Source of the DNA: Verrucomicrobiota bacterium
GTDB lineage: Bacteria > Verrucomicrobiota > Verrucomicrobiia > Opitutales > Coraliomargaritaceae
Reading direction: 5' to 3'
NCBI GenBank assembly: GCA_039815375.1
Contig: JBCBZJ010000031.1
Span: 1 to 28,522, forward strand
Length of the DNA stretch: 28,522 nucleotides
Position 1 is the first letter of the stretch, and the number at the start of each line of letters is the position of its first letter. Of this stretch, positions 28,461-28,522 are shown piece after piece. The position numbers and the translations under genes are program-made. The notes under the pieces were generated by a model, which did not search any database, was not told the DNA's origin, and saw only the letters and a list, made by a program, of their open reading frames with translations.

Positions 28461-28473
28461 TAAAGCACTGATA
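28461..28473 (-). promoter_or_regulatory. Putative IHF site TATCAG-TGCT-TTA
   Basis: Fits WATCAR-N4-TTR; lies just upstream of the -24 element in AT-rich DNA. Confidence 0.5.
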
Positions 28474-28522
28474 TACAATTACATAAAAAATACATATACA
28501 TATGATTTTTTTGAGCTTTCAG

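Overview
A 28.5 kb bacterial chromosomal window, probably from Verrucomicrobiota (Opitutia/Puniceicoccaceae-like). That assignment is an inference from the PEP-CTERM/exosortase genes and gene content. From left to right it holds: a group-1 Mrp Na+/H+ antiporter operon (mrpA partial, then B-G) followed by a DUF1504-type antiporter; a 7-TM protein that aligns by eye with proteorhodopsin but lacks the retinal-binding lysine and the DTE motif; an operon (- strand) headed by a GbsR/MarR regulator with two palindromic operator-like sites, encoding a Coq7-like di-iron protein and a TIGR01777 oxidoreductase; DUF4328, PLA2-like, DUF6159 and cytosine deaminase genes; a VapC remnant; a decayed integrative-element scar carrying a PEP-CTERM gene; a YbdG-type MscS channel; an orphan antitoxin-like protein with an AT-hook/basic tail; typA, a LMW-PTP and dusB; and a cassette with a putative sigma-54/IHF promoter, made of a PEP-CTERM substrate, a TPR protein, an apparently permuted exosortase-EpsI and an EpsI pseudogene. 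All family assignments come from motif recognition by eye, with no database searches. The top candidates for novelty are the lysine-less proteorhodopsin-like protein and the permuted exosortase cassette.
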